In this document: piece by piece, positions 9,419-19,235 of the stretch
How the letters are laid out: each line of letters starts with the position of its first letter
How positions within the stretch are numbered: position 1 is the first letter of the stretch
Source of the DNA: a virus
Reading direction: 5' to 3' (one strand)
IMG/VR virus record: IMGVR_UViG_3300030108_001677
Coordinates: 1-64,000 of that record
DNA: 64,000 nt
Program-made: the position numbers and the translations under genes
The notes under the pieces: model-generated
What the model was told of the DNA's origin: nothing
Seen by the model: only the letters and a program-made list of their open reading frames with translations
The model's database searches: none

Positions 9419-9882
9419 AAACAACAGCGTTCACTAAAGCATGGTTTGATGGTTATTATGACGACCTTTTAGATCTTGCTAATCATTTGATTGAGAGCGA
9501 AGGTTGGAGATTGGCCGACCCCGAAGATGAAACATGGTTGGTAGTTTGTGACACAGCACACAGTATTTGGTTGAAAGCGGTTGGCCGTGTTGGTCGTGCC
9601 CCGAAGCCTTTGTTGGTTGATTGCCTGTATATTTGTGCTAAACTATCGGGTAATCGTGTTGGTATCAAAGCCATCAAGCGTGCCACAAAGGATTTGTGGG
9701 GTAAAGGCATAGAGGTATTACCACTTGACCGTAGGCGAGATAACAGGCGTTGGGTATGGGCATACCGCTATGAGATATTACAGGAATACCCCGATGTAGC
9801 CGCATGGGATGATTTCGTTAGCGCATGGAAAGATAAGATAGTCGATCCTGCATATTTCGATGAGAGTGATAATAATGATTAG
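9415..9882 (+). CDS. Protein with a single TFB/TFIIB cyclin-repeat-like segment
   Basis: GRAPKPLLVDCLYICAKLSGNRVGIKAI resembles the TFB repeat GRSxxxxAAAxLYIACRxxxxPRTLxEI. Confidence 0.5.
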   Translation: MKTTAFTKAWFDGYYDDLLDLANHLIESEGWRLADPEDETWLVVCDTAHSIWLKAVGRVGRAPKPLLVDCLYICAKLSGNRVGIKAIKRATKDLWGKGIEVLPLDRRRDNRRWVWAYRYEILQEYPDVAAWDDFVSAWKDKIVDPAYFDESDNND

Positions 9883-9932
9883 AGAATGGCTGGATTTACT
9901 GTTTCGACTCATAACATGGGATTGGTGATATA

Positions 9933-10220
9933 ATGCTGGGTATTGACGAAGATGGATTTGAAATAGGCGCACGATGGGTGAACAATCACACTGGTGATGT
10001 AGCACGAATGGTGGGGGCTAACACTGTATGTATTGGCAATCGTGGTGTTCGTGTCTTTCGCTTAGAGTATGAAGATGGTTCGTTATACAAAGAAAATGCT
10101 GTCAAGTATAAGTTTGATTTTATCAACAATTATGACGAGGAATCACTAAGAAAACACTTCACATATTTACCACCACTGGCCGAACATCTTGCCAGTATTT
10201 TACCGGATAGCGAGGAATGA
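9933..10220 (+). CDS. Hypothetical protein
   Basis: GGTGA SD; ATGA overlap with the ligase-like gene. Confidence 0.7.
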   Translation: MLGIDEDGFEIGARWVNNHTGDVARMVGANTVCIGNRGVRVFRLEYEDGSLYKENAVKYKFDFINNYDEESLRKHFTYLPPLAEHLASILPDSEE

Positions 10221-11665
10221 GCATGAGCGTTAATTTCCGCCACATCTCCGCTTGCTGTCGCCAAGCATACAATGGTGTTAGGCGACCTGCGGTTGTAGCG
10301 GAATCAGCGTTTGCTCTTTCGCCCCGTGATATACCACAACTGATAGACTTCTTTTACGAGGATAGTCGCATTGACAGGAAATTGACCGATGAGGATTTGC
10401 GTGAGATATTTTATCATCTCACCGACCTTTACCCCGAAGAATGTCAAGACGATCCCGACATCATTGATTTGATGTCGAACCTTGCGCCAAAGGATAAGGA
10501 AACGAGAATGACATTTGGTTTCGCATATCAAAGGATGCAAGACATACTTGATGAAACCGACAACCGCATTCGTGCGTTTGCTATGCGTGTGGTTCTCAAG
10601 CGTAGCGAACCTAAAGACGCTTACTGGTTTATCCTTCGTTTGACACGAACCGCCAACCCTTTCAAGAGGCGTGATATTATTCACGCACTGGCTAAACACC
10701 ACGATATACCGGCTGAAAGGTTGAAGCGGGAATCCATGTTCACTACGCTAAAGGAATTGTCATTTAGGGCTAATGAGGATAAACTGGTTGGGGTTCCAAC
10801 TATTGGCGAGCGCATGTTGTTGCCACTACCAAGAAGGCATACTGATATGGAAAAGCCATTCTCTAAGATGGCTATGGAGGTTATTCGTGGTGAACGACTG
10901 ACGCTACATACACACCCAACATTCTATTGTTTAACATACGATCCGCACGGTGAAGAAATAGAAACCGATGACATAGATACTACACAATTGACAGCGTGCT
11001 TACCAAACGGAATATACATCGTTGAACACACACCACAAGACGATTTCCCGTTGAAGGTCTGTGATGCTTTACATGTAGTGGACACTGAAATATTCGACAA
11101 AGACTACAATGCAAGAAGGGAATGGCTTGAGGAAACTGTTTCGGATTTATTACTCAAAGAAATAGAGCGTGTTGATAACATGAAGCAAGTAATAGGTGCC
11201 GCACCCAAGAATGGTGTTGTTTTCTTACACAATCTTGAGGCAAGCACTACCTTCACTACTTCGCCCAATGAAACTGTATTGTTCAGCACAAAACACAGGG
11301 GAGAGGTATTCCGTGTGTTAGGTGGTGTGTGGAGGCATGAGCCAGCCAAAGGTCTTGCATTGACTGGCTGGCGTATTGGTGCCCGTGATGGGATCGATGG
11401 CTACTATGAGGTCGGAACAATTACAGCCGAACCGGATGTGCAAAAGCGTCTATTCCGTTTGACTGAAAAATCCACAGCCGCCGAAGGCACACGGGTGGAT
11501 ATGAAAGGTGCTACCTTTGTTGAGGTCGAAGTCCATACAGCAGACTATGATGAGCGAGGAATACACCTTCAAGGTATTATCACCGATTTAGCACCAAGCA
11601 TGGGTATATCCGATGTTGTTGCGGTTGAGGATATTGAGTATTTGGTGGGTGATGTTGATGAATGA
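10217..11665 (+). CDS. ATP-dependent DNA ligase-like protein, catalytic Lys missing
   Basis: Helical N-domain, NTase-like core and OB domain (FRVLGGVW...WRIGARD...YYEVGTI); motif I reads EVIRGER instead of KxDGxR. Confidence 0.7.
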   Translation: MSMSVNFRHISACCRQAYNGVRRPAVVAESAFALSPRDIPQLIDFFYEDSRIDRKLTDEDLREIFYHLTDLYPEECQDDPDIIDLMSNLAPKDKETRMTFGFAYQRMQDILDETDNRIRAFAMRVVLKRSEPKDAYWFILRLTRTANPFKRRDIIHALAKHHDIPAERLKRESMFTTLKELSFRANEDKLVGVPTIGERMLLPLPRRHTDMEKPFSKMAMEVIRGERLTLHTHPTFYCLTYDPHGEEIETDDIDTTQLTACLPNGIYIVEHTPQDDFPLKVCDALHVVDTEIFDKDYNARREWLEETVSDLLLKEIERVDNMKQVIGAAPKNGVVFLHNLEASTTFTTSPNETVLFSTKHRGEVFRVLGGVWRHEPAKGLALTGWRIGARDGIDGYYEVGTITAEPDVQKRLFRLTEKSTAAEGTRVDMKGATFVEVEVHTADYDERGIHLQGIITDLAPSMGISDVVAVEDIEYLVGDVDE

Positions 11666-12026
11666 AAATGACATCGCTTTGTTGTATTTGGCTACAAATG
11701 CGAGGTTTAGAATTGCCTCACGCTTGACCACAAGGAACCAAACCGGCTACCAAATAAGACCCGAATGCGACATCATGGGGAGAAAAACGATACCGGCTAA
11801 GGTGAGTAAATTGCTCAAGTCGCAAGGATTACCAGTCCAGCAACGCTATACTAAACCCGAACACTTAACGAGGCTTTTGCGTTTGGTAAAGCCGTTCAAA
11901 GACTTCACTAAAGATCCCGAAGGCTATGAAAGCGTAGTTAATTGGAAACTTTGGGATGAGAAACCTTTGAAAACTCATGCCGATGTGCTTGACATCTTAG
12001 GGAGGTTGGAAAATGAATCTGTTTGA
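11658..12026 (+). CDS. Degenerate LAGLIDADG-endonuclease-like protein
   Basis: N-terminal helix then TGYQIRP and RLLRLVKPF resemble the fold; acidic catalytic motif not evident. Confidence 0.4.
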   Translation: MNENDIALLYLATNARFRIASRLTTRNQTGYQIRPECDIMGRKTIPAKVSKLLKSQGLPVQQRYTKPEHLTRLLRLVKPFKDFTKDPEGYESVVNWKLWDEKPLKTHADVLDILGRLENESV

Positions 12027-12582
12027 AGATGAGTCATTGGGCACAAACGACTGGTTCTCCGTGTGCCCTAATTCTGTGGACATTATATTTGAAGAAAGAA
12101 AGCATGGCTTGTTTTACACTATGCGTCAATTCATGACAAACTGGGATAGGTTAGAGGTTGCCAACATGCTATTGAAAACACAATCAAGTGAGCGCATGAT
12201 ACTCGATACCATGAATTGCACAATCCCAAACAATCCAGTAATACAATTCGTGGCAAGGGAATTGACACTTCGTGTTGACCCCAAGATCTTATTCACTATA
12301 CTGGCACTTTCAAGCGATGGGCTGGGTCGTGGTAAAGTAATATTCCCCGACAAACAGAAGGCTGTGCCAAAGCACCTGCTGAAAGTGTTTGGGTTGCGGC
12401 CAACCGAAGGTGAGTGGTTTGAGCCAATTACTGGGAGAATAGAGAATGTTCGGGCTGTCGTTTCACTGTTGAAAGACAGCGATTACCAACACATCATCCA
12501 TGATAAACCAACGGTCTTAAATTTTCAAGATGAACAGGACACTGCAAGCCTGTTTGACGGGGATTGGGGGTCAAAACAATGA
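12013..12582 (+). CDS. Hypothetical protein; possible truncated clamp-loader large subunit
   Basis: Immediately upstream of RFC-S; no Walker A; C-terminal QDTASLFD is PIP-like. Confidence 0.4.
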   Translation: MNLFEDESLGTNDWFSVCPNSVDIIFEERKHGLFYTMRQFMTNWDRLEVANMLLKTQSSERMILDTMNCTIPNNPVIQFVARELTLRVDPKILFTILALSSDGLGRGKVIFPDKQKAVPKHLLKVFGLRPTEGEWFEPITGRIENVRAVVSLLKDSDYQHIIHDKPTVLNFQDEQDTASLFDGDWGSKQ

Positions 12583-12585
12583 CAC

Positions 12586-12598
12586 CGAATCTTTTATA
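12586..12598 (+). promoter_or_regulatory. BRE/TATA-like promoter for the replication block
   Basis: CGAA-TC-TTTTATA in a rare intergenic gap before RFC-S. Confidence 0.5.
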
Positions 12599-12639
12599 CC
12601 CAACCCCCTGTTGCCCTATACCCTGCGAGAGATGATACT

Positions 12640-13599
12640 ATGACACAGTTATGGATAACCCACAGACCCGACAAACTTTCCGACATGGTTGGGCTTGAGG
12701 AATTGAAACTTGATGTTCCTAACTGGGTTGTCTATGAACAAAACAAACACAACTTGCGTTGTGGTGGTGTTATCTTCTTTGGGTCAAGCGGCACTGGTAA
12801 ATCCAGTGGTGCAAGAGCCATAGGTATGGATCTATTGGGGGATTCATTCTCGCAGAATTTCCATCCATTCAATGCCTCCGATGATAGAGGAATACAATTC
12901 ATTCGCAATAGGTTGAAGCCTCTTGCTGAACAGCGAGCCGTTGGACATGACTTCAAGATTATATTCCTTGATGAAGCCGATGGATTGACTAACGATGCTC
13001 AAGATGCACTTAGAGAAATTATTGAGTCAACGGGCACACATGTCCTTTGGATATTGGCGTGTAACCGTATAGGTCGCATTATCCCAGCCTTGAGGTCAAG
13101 GCTACCTGCATACAATTTTACTCCCTTGAACGGTGATGATGCCGAAGGTTTCATCTTGCGTATCATAGAACAAGAGGACTTGCCCCAAGAATGGCTTGAC
13201 TCCGTTCCACAATTGGTGAAGAAATACAAAGGTGATATGCGTGCCTGTTTGAAACTTCTCCAAACTCTTAATCCAAAAGACGCTGATGCTTTGAGTCGAA
13301 GCGTGGAGAAAGATACAGACGGAATTAGAAGTCTTTACTCGGCTATGGCTGGTGCTGGTGAATTGATTGAATTATCAAGCGATTTAGTAATACAGCGAGG
13401 TTATTCCCGTGATGATATTATTGATGGTATGCACGATGCGATTATCCATCATTACAACGAAGGTGATGTGGGGCAAGCGGTTGCCCTCAAGCACCTTATG
13501 ATACTGGGTCAGTGGGCGGCAAGATCCTCCGACTGGCTATCGAGCGATGTCCTATTCCTCCAATCAATGGTGGGGGATTACAGACAAAGAGGTTTTTGA
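12640..13599 (+). CDS. rfcS: Replication factor C small subunit (clamp loader)
   Basis: WITHRP, Walker A GSSGTGKS, NASDDRGI, IFLDEAD, ALRSR, GDMR. Confidence 0.93.
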   Translation: MTQLWITHRPDKLSDMVGLEELKLDVPNWVVYEQNKHNLRCGGVIFFGSSGTGKSSGARAIGMDLLGDSFSQNFHPFNASDDRGIQFIRNRLKPLAEQRAVGHDFKIIFLDEADGLTNDAQDALREIIESTGTHVLWILACNRIGRIIPALRSRLPAYNFTPLNGDDAEGFILRIIEQEDLPQEWLDSVPQLVKKYKGDMRACLKLLQTLNPKDADALSRSVEKDTDGIRSLYSAMAGAGELIELSSDLVIQRGYSRDDIIDGMHDAIIHHYNEGDVGQAVALKHLMILGQWAARSSDWLSSDVLFLQSMVGDYRQRGF

Positions 13600-13600
13600 A

Positions 13601-14941
13601 ATGAGCGAAAATAGAGAAATAGGTAACGAATGTATTGAAGAAGCGAGCAAGATATTGGGTATCAGTGTTGAAGAAGCACAGGCATCCTTTGGTTCGTGGA
13701 TGAACGAAACTTTCCCCGATATGTGGGATATGGTCGGTAAAACGGTTGATGGTCTTGATGATGATGATTACAATGACTTTGCTGATATGTTCGTTTGTGC
13801 AAACCGCCCGACAGGCGGTGGCGGCGGTTCCGGTGAGGAATGGGTCGGTGCATTCATTGGTTTTGATAGAAGAATTGACTTGATGAAAAGAAAGCGTGAA
13901 ATGGCTATTGACATAGCCACTGCTGATTTATCGGGTGCTATCAATAACGGTTTCACTTACAATGGCAACAAGACCGGTATAGGTCGTGCCTTTACTGCTG
14001 ATGGTGTTTGGCGTGCTGAACACAGTGCGGGAACCTTCGTTTCCACTGTGGCATCCGACACAACACCGGACTGGGTTATCCCTCTCAATGAGAAACTATC
14101 TATCTGTATGCTCAAGCCGGACAATACTCCACAGCGTGCATCAGCACTAAAATCTGTATGGGCGTTTCATGGCAACTTCAAAGACAAATTCCTTGAAGAA
14201 GGTCCGATCACCATCGCTGTTGAAGGTGCATTTGAGGCCGCAAAGCATGATTGGAAACTGTGGGCACCTGTGACTATCAAAGGTAAATTCGATGAAGAAG
14301 GTTGGAAAGGTAGCGGTGCTACTCTCACTGTTTCATCACCAAATGCTGAATACGGCCTTGACTGGGTTCCCGAAGGTAAGAAGCGTGAAACCTGTGAAAA
14401 ATTATTCCAGCCCGACCAGTATCTTACTACCACTGGTGAATGCGCTGTGAATGTCAAGGATTTACTACAACACCACTTAGACAACCGAAGGGAGTCCTAT
14501 GTTGACCGTAATGGTGTTCAGCGATATGACGGTGCTTTGGTATGTGTTGTGGGCGGTGTCATGGACATCAACCATGAAGGCCGTGAAACCGAATGGGATC
14601 CAACAGGCCGTGACTATTACTTATCTATCAGCACACAGGTTCTAAGGCGAGAAAATCCAAACGCTCGCATCGGTATCAAAGTCGGTGGATTACTCAAGGA
14701 GAATCACAATGGGCTATCTGTGTTGAAAGGTGGAGAATGGATGCCATTCGCCAAAGGCTCAAGGATTTGGGTTGTTGGCCGCACTGATTCATACATGAAC
14801 CAAGACGGGGATGAGGTAGTCAGCATTCAAGCACAGGGTATCTATGCTATCCCTCACAAATCTATTCCAGCACGCAAGCCAAGCGAGGACAGCAACGATC
14901 TCGGCAACCTAAGTGGCTTCGGTGTCGGGGGTGATGAATAA
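13601..14941 (+). CDS. Putative OB-fold ssDNA-binding (RPA-like) protein
   Basis: Position between RFC and ATPase; beta-rich, aromatic; OB-like C-terminal KGSRIWVVGR...IQAQGIY; acidic tail. Confidence 0.55.
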   Translation: MSENREIGNECIEEASKILGISVEEAQASFGSWMNETFPDMWDMVGKTVDGLDDDDYNDFADMFVCANRPTGGGGGSGEEWVGAFIGFDRRIDLMKRKREMAIDIATADLSGAINNGFTYNGNKTGIGRAFTADGVWRAEHSAGTFVSTVASDTTPDWVIPLNEKLSICMLKPDNTPQRASALKSVWAFHGNFKDKFLEEGPITIAVEGAFEAAKHDWKLWAPVTIKGKFDEEGWKGSGATLTVSSPNAEYGLDWVPEGKKRETCEKLFQPDQYLTTTGECAVNVKDLLQHHLDNRRESYVDRNGVQRYDGALVCVVGGVMDINHEGRETEWDPTGRDYYLSISTQVLRRENPNARIGIKVGGLLKENHNGLSVLKGGEWMPFAKGSRIWVVGRTDSYMNQDGDEVVSIQAQGIYAIPHKSIPARKPSEDSNDLGNLSGFGVGGDE

Positions 14942-16137
14942 TGGGAACAGGATTTTTAGACGGATTCAAAGAAAAGAAGGGCAACTACGAACCACCAACC
15001 AAAGAGGCTGGTGGCAACAAGAAGGCTAAGGCGAAGCCAAAGGCTAAACCTGCGCCCAAGAAAGAAGAAGCGATGCCTATTGAGGCGTTGGTTGATGATG
15101 CACCACCAGTGCTTGAACACGAACCGGAAGAACCTGTTGAGGAACCTATGCCCCAGCCACCTGCAAAGGCTAAACCTTCACCGAAGGCCAAAGGCGACTC
15201 TCACCTTGAGCGTGTCAATTCTTCTATTGCTAACATGATTAGACAGGCGAGAAACAGCATTCCAATCCAAACCTATGTTATGTGTGGTATCGCTGGTATG
15301 CCTAAGACTGGTAAAACTGGTATGGTTCTTGACAGCCTCACAGAACAAGAAGTCCAAAACGGTGCTGAAATATGGCACATTGATTTTGATTTAGGCGGAG
15401 AAACCACAAAGGCGGCTCACCATCAAGATAAGATGGATAACCTTGTGGTGCTTAATCCGTGGGTTTTCAACTACGGACAAAGCCGTGTGCCTTACGATTT
15501 CCCAGCCACATTCCAACAGACTATTGACATACTAAAGACAGCACAGGCTCAAATGCAAGCACAGAATGAATACTACGCTGAACATGGTAAGATGCCCAAT
15601 CCGTATCTAAAGACAGTCGTGTTCGATGGTGCCGACCATTGGCTACATATCACTGAAACCTGTATGAAGGTGGATGATTTGGATTTGGGTGTTGATGGTA
15701 TTGCTGTATCAAGCAAGAAGGCTACTACACAGATCGGTCGCTTCAACTGGAACATCCGTGCTACACGATACCAAACCGCTATGGTTGCTCTCCGTGAGTT
15801 ATGTCGTGGTGGTGTTCACTGTTATGTCATTACACACATGAAGCCAGCATACGATTCATCGGGTAATGAATTGGCTGGACAGCATTCACCAAAGTGGCTC
15901 AAAGATACCGAAGGACATCTTCAACAGGTTATCCATACCGAGTTAGAAGAAGAAAGGAACGAGCAAGGTGAATTGACTGGTGTAGTGCGTGGCTACGCTG
16001 TTATTGTTGCCGACAGGACTTCACTGCAAGCCAGTGGTCGTGTCCTGTTGTTTGAGCGCAACCAAGACGGTGGTGTTTGGCACGGCTGGCAAGGACTCAA
16101 GACTGGCGATTTCAATGTTGTAAGGGGTGATGAATGA
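14941..16137 (+). CDS. RecA/RadA-fold (AAA_24/Sak4-like) ATPase
   Basis: Walker A GMPKTGKT, IDFD, Walker B VVFDG, YVITH; disordered K/P/E-rich N-terminus. Confidence 0.8.
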   Translation: MGTGFLDGFKEKKGNYEPPTKEAGGNKKAKAKPKAKPAPKKEEAMPIEALVDDAPPVLEHEPEEPVEEPMPQPPAKAKPSPKAKGDSHLERVNSSIANMIRQARNSIPIQTYVMCGIAGMPKTGKTGMVLDSLTEQEVQNGAEIWHIDFDLGGETTKAAHHQDKMDNLVVLNPWVFNYGQSRVPYDFPATFQQTIDILKTAQAQMQAQNEYYAEHGKMPNPYLKTVVFDGADHWLHITETCMKVDDLDLGVDGIAVSSKKATTQIGRFNWNIRATRYQTAMVALRELCRGGVHCYVITHMKPAYDSSGNELAGQHSPKWLKDTEGHLQQVIHTELEEERNEQGELTGVVRGYAVIVADRTSLQASGRVLLFERNQDGGVWHGWQGLKTGDFNVVRGDE

Positions 16138-16931
16138 TGGTGGTTGCTGTAACTTTACATCAACACACAATCAAGCATTTTCTAAATGGTTTCAAGGGCA
16201 TGGATGATTTGGTTATCAGTATCACTGAAAACGGAATCCGTGCGGCTGGAACAATGGATAAAGCATACTTTGTTTCACGCTGGTTTTCATACCGTAATGA
16301 TGAGGAATGCCACACTGCTGGTGACATAGCACTGGGTCAATTGTCCACCTTTGCCGCACTTGTTGAAGAATGTGGTAATGGTGGTGAATTGGTTAAGATC
16401 TCCTTAGACGACAAAGGTGTGTTAAGGGTGGTTGGTAACAGTCAAGATTTCAAAATGCCGACAATCCAAAACGCAACATCACAGGCTGGTGTATCAGTAA
16501 TCCAAAAACAAATTTCTCTATCAGCCGACACAGAATACAAGACATTTGGTAATGAAAACATACCGTTTGACTTTAGTATGTCTTTTATGGCTTCGGACTT
16601 CTCCGCTTTACAAACGACCGGTAAAACAATACAGAATGGTGCATTGTTTTGCCTATCGGTTGAGAGCGACAATACACTTAATCTTGGTGTTCAGCGTGAT
16701 TCTATTCGCATGAACGCTAAACTTGAACCCGAACCTCCACACACTGTGTTAAACGACACAGTAATGTGGTTTGGAAAGTGGCTAATGGATGCTCTTAGGG
16801 CTATGCCTAAGACTGGGGTAATCCATTTGCACGGTGGCAATAATACACCTTTGCTTATGATACATGAGTTAGACAGTATCATGTCCACCACCGCTATCAT
16901 CGCACCCCGCCAAGAGGAAAGCGGGGAGTAA
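16134..16931 (+). CDS. pcn: PCNA-like sliding clamp
   Basis: 265 aa; GIRAAGTMD, NTPLLM, C-terminal IIAPR; directly upstream of PolB. Confidence 0.75.
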   Translation: MMVVAVTLHQHTIKHFLNGFKGMDDLVISITENGIRAAGTMDKAYFVSRWFSYRNDEECHTAGDIALGQLSTFAALVEECGNGGELVKISLDDKGVLRVVGNSQDFKMPTIQNATSQAGVSVIQKQISLSADTEYKTFGNENIPFDFSMSFMASDFSALQTTGKTIQNGALFCLSVESDNTLNLGVQRDSIRMNAKLEPEPPHTVLNDTVMWFGKWLMDALRAMPKTGVIHLHGGNNTPLLMIHELDSIMSTTAIIAPRQEESGE

Positions 16932-16933
16932 TT

Positions 16934-19234
16934 TTGATTGTAACAACATACGCTACTGAAGATCATGATTGTCCTTCAATCCACATTCGTTTCCGCAACC
17001 AAGACGGAAAGGTGATGGAGAAGGTTGTGGATAAATACTATCCTTACTTCTTCATTTCAGCCGACAGTGATATGGCACATATCACCCAAGTGTTTGATGA
17101 AAGATTTGATGGTTGGTATGTTGGTGCTGTTGAGGCAAATTCGCTACCCACAAAGGAATATCCCGAAGGGAGGAAACTGATACAGGTGATTGCACCCGAC
17201 TTGAGTGCGATGAAGCAAATGCGAGATGTTTGTGATGAAACATGGGAGGCAGACATTGGTTATGCCGACCGGTATTTGATAGATGAGATCGCGCCCGAAG
17301 ATTTCCCCGACTGGTTTCCGAACATGGTTCGTGCTGGTGGACTTGACTTAGAATGGAATAAAGACGGTGAGATTACTGCTATGGGCTATACCACAGACGG
17401 TGGGGTTGTTCAGCAGTGGTCTTGGCATCCAACCTATGAGGGTTTTCTCAATTGTCTGTTTTTCCGTTCCGAGAAGGATATGCTTGAGTCATTTGCACAA
17501 GCGTTTGAGGAATTAGACCCCGACATGATTACTACATGGTCGGGAAACCGTGCCGACTGGCCTAAGATATACGAAAGATACAAACACCATGACATCGGTT
17601 TAGACTGGATTTCACCGTTGGCTGGGGTCAGTGCTTCGCCACCAATGATGCACTTGCCGAGAGATGGTCGCTACAATGACGGTAGCCAAATCATACTCGG
17701 TCGCATGGTTTTAGACTTAGCGGATCGGAATCATGGTTTTGAGCGTGTATGGAAAGATAGTGGCAACGGCCAGTTATCCGATAGACGATTAGGTGCTGTT
17801 GGTAAAGAGGCGTTTCCTAACAATCCCGAATTGTGGAAAATAGATACCAACGGCATAACACATCACGACCTTTGGCTTAATCATTTTGAGGATTTCTTGA
17901 AATATCATCGTGCCGATGTTTTACTAACAGACAGACTGGATAGAGAATATCATGTTGCACGCTTCTTCATGGCATTACAGCGAGTATGCGGTGTTTCTTT
18001 TTCATCGGTATTTACTGTCAGTAAATTCGCAAGAGGGTTATTACGAAGGCGTGCTACATGGGCGGCACCCACTGGAACATACAAGAAGGGCGTTGGTGAT
18101 TCATACGGTGGTGGCTTTGTTCCGCACCCAAAGACTGGGCGTTTCTATGATGTAGCATGTTTCGATTTCCGAGCCATGTATGCTGAAATACAGCGTGGTA
18201 ACAACATCAGCCCCGAAACCATACGCTTTAGCACAGGAGATGGAATCCGTGAATTGGGTAATGGCACTTATTGGTATCAAGGTGAGCGTGGGGTATTGCC
18301 CCAACTGCAAATGGATCTTGCCGATGCGAGGAATGCCGCCAAAGCGGAGATGAAAAAACATGCACCGGAATCATCGGAGTATGCCGGTTTCAACACACTA
18401 CAATTAGCCTTCAAGCGTGCCGCCGCCAGCGTATATGGTTTGATGGGTCATACTGGGCACGGTGAGTCGCACAAGACTGTGGCATCAACCATTACCTATG
18501 TCGGTCGCCAATTGACATCACGCTTGATGGAGATATGCGAGGACATGGGCTTTGAGCCGTTGGCTGGGCACACCGACAGCGCATACATACAAATCGGAGA
18601 TAACGATGGTGAGAATATCGCTGATGCTTTGACACAAACCATACAGAAGGAGTTTGACTCCGATAGGTTTGTTGTCGAGTATGAGAAGCACATGAGGGCG
18701 TGGGTAGCGGCTAAGAAGAATAGAAATTTTGGCTGGGTCACTTGGCCGAAAGAAGGACTACACTGCACAGGCTTTGAGATGAAGAAGTCAAATGCGGCAC
18801 AGATAACAAAAACAATACAAGAAAATGCCTTTGAGGCTATGTGCAAAGACAATGCCGATGAGTCATACATACAAAGACTGGTCAATGATGCAATCGCTGA
18901 TGTCCGAAATATGAACCGCAAGGATCTTGTTATGCGTTCTCGCTTAGGTGAGAAAGCCGAATCATATTCACAGAACGGTGGCTTTCAAGGGGCGGCTAAG
19001 AAATACAACCGCTTGAACCCCAACAATCGCTTTGACAAAGGCGATGGTGTTCCTCATGTATATACTACAAAAGGGATTGAAGCGTTCAAGACCGATGAAG
19101 AATTGAGCAAATTAGACATAGATTTCACCACTGTGATAGAAAAGCAAATTATAGCACCCGTTTCCCTTATCTTTGAGGCGATGGGTTGGCGTTTGCCGTC
19201 AGCCGATGGTGCTAAACCACAGGAGTGGTGGTGA
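16934..19234 (+). CDS. polB: Family B DNA polymerase
   Basis: Exo DLE and ADW; motif A DFRAMY; motif B KRAAASVYG; motif C GHTDS; KKNR; TGFEMKK. Confidence 0.95.
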   Translation: MIVTTYATEDHDCPSIHIRFRNQDGKVMEKVVDKYYPYFFISADSDMAHITQVFDERFDGWYVGAVEANSLPTKEYPEGRKLIQVIAPDLSAMKQMRDVCDETWEADIGYADRYLIDEIAPEDFPDWFPNMVRAGGLDLEWNKDGEITAMGYTTDGGVVQQWSWHPTYEGFLNCLFFRSEKDMLESFAQAFEELDPDMITTWSGNRADWPKIYERYKHHDIGLDWISPLAGVSASPPMMHLPRDGRYNDGSQIILGRMVLDLADRNHGFERVWKDSGNGQLSDRRLGAVGKEAFPNNPELWKIDTNGITHHDLWLNHFEDFLKYHRADVLLTDRLDREYHVARFFMALQRVCGVSFSSVFTVSKFARGLLRRRATWAAPTGTYKKGVGDSYGGGFVPHPKTGRFYDVACFDFRAMYAEIQRGNNISPETIRFSTGDGIRELGNGTYWYQGERGVLPQLQMDLADARNAAKAEMKKHAPESSEYAGFNTLQLAFKRAAASVYGLMGHTGHGESHKTVASTITYVGRQLTSRLMEICEDMGFEPLAGHTDSAYIQIGDNDGENIADALTQTIQKEFDSDRFVVEYEKHMRAWVAAKKNRNFGWVTWPKEGLHCTGFEMKKSNAAQITKTIQENAFEAMCKDNADESYIQRLVNDAIADVRNMNRKDLVMRSRLGEKAESYSQNGGFQGAAKKYNRLNPNNRFDKGDGVPHVYTTKGIEAFKTDEELSKLDIDFTTVIEKQIIAPVSLIFEAMGWRLPSADGAKPQEWW

Positions 19235-19235
19235 C

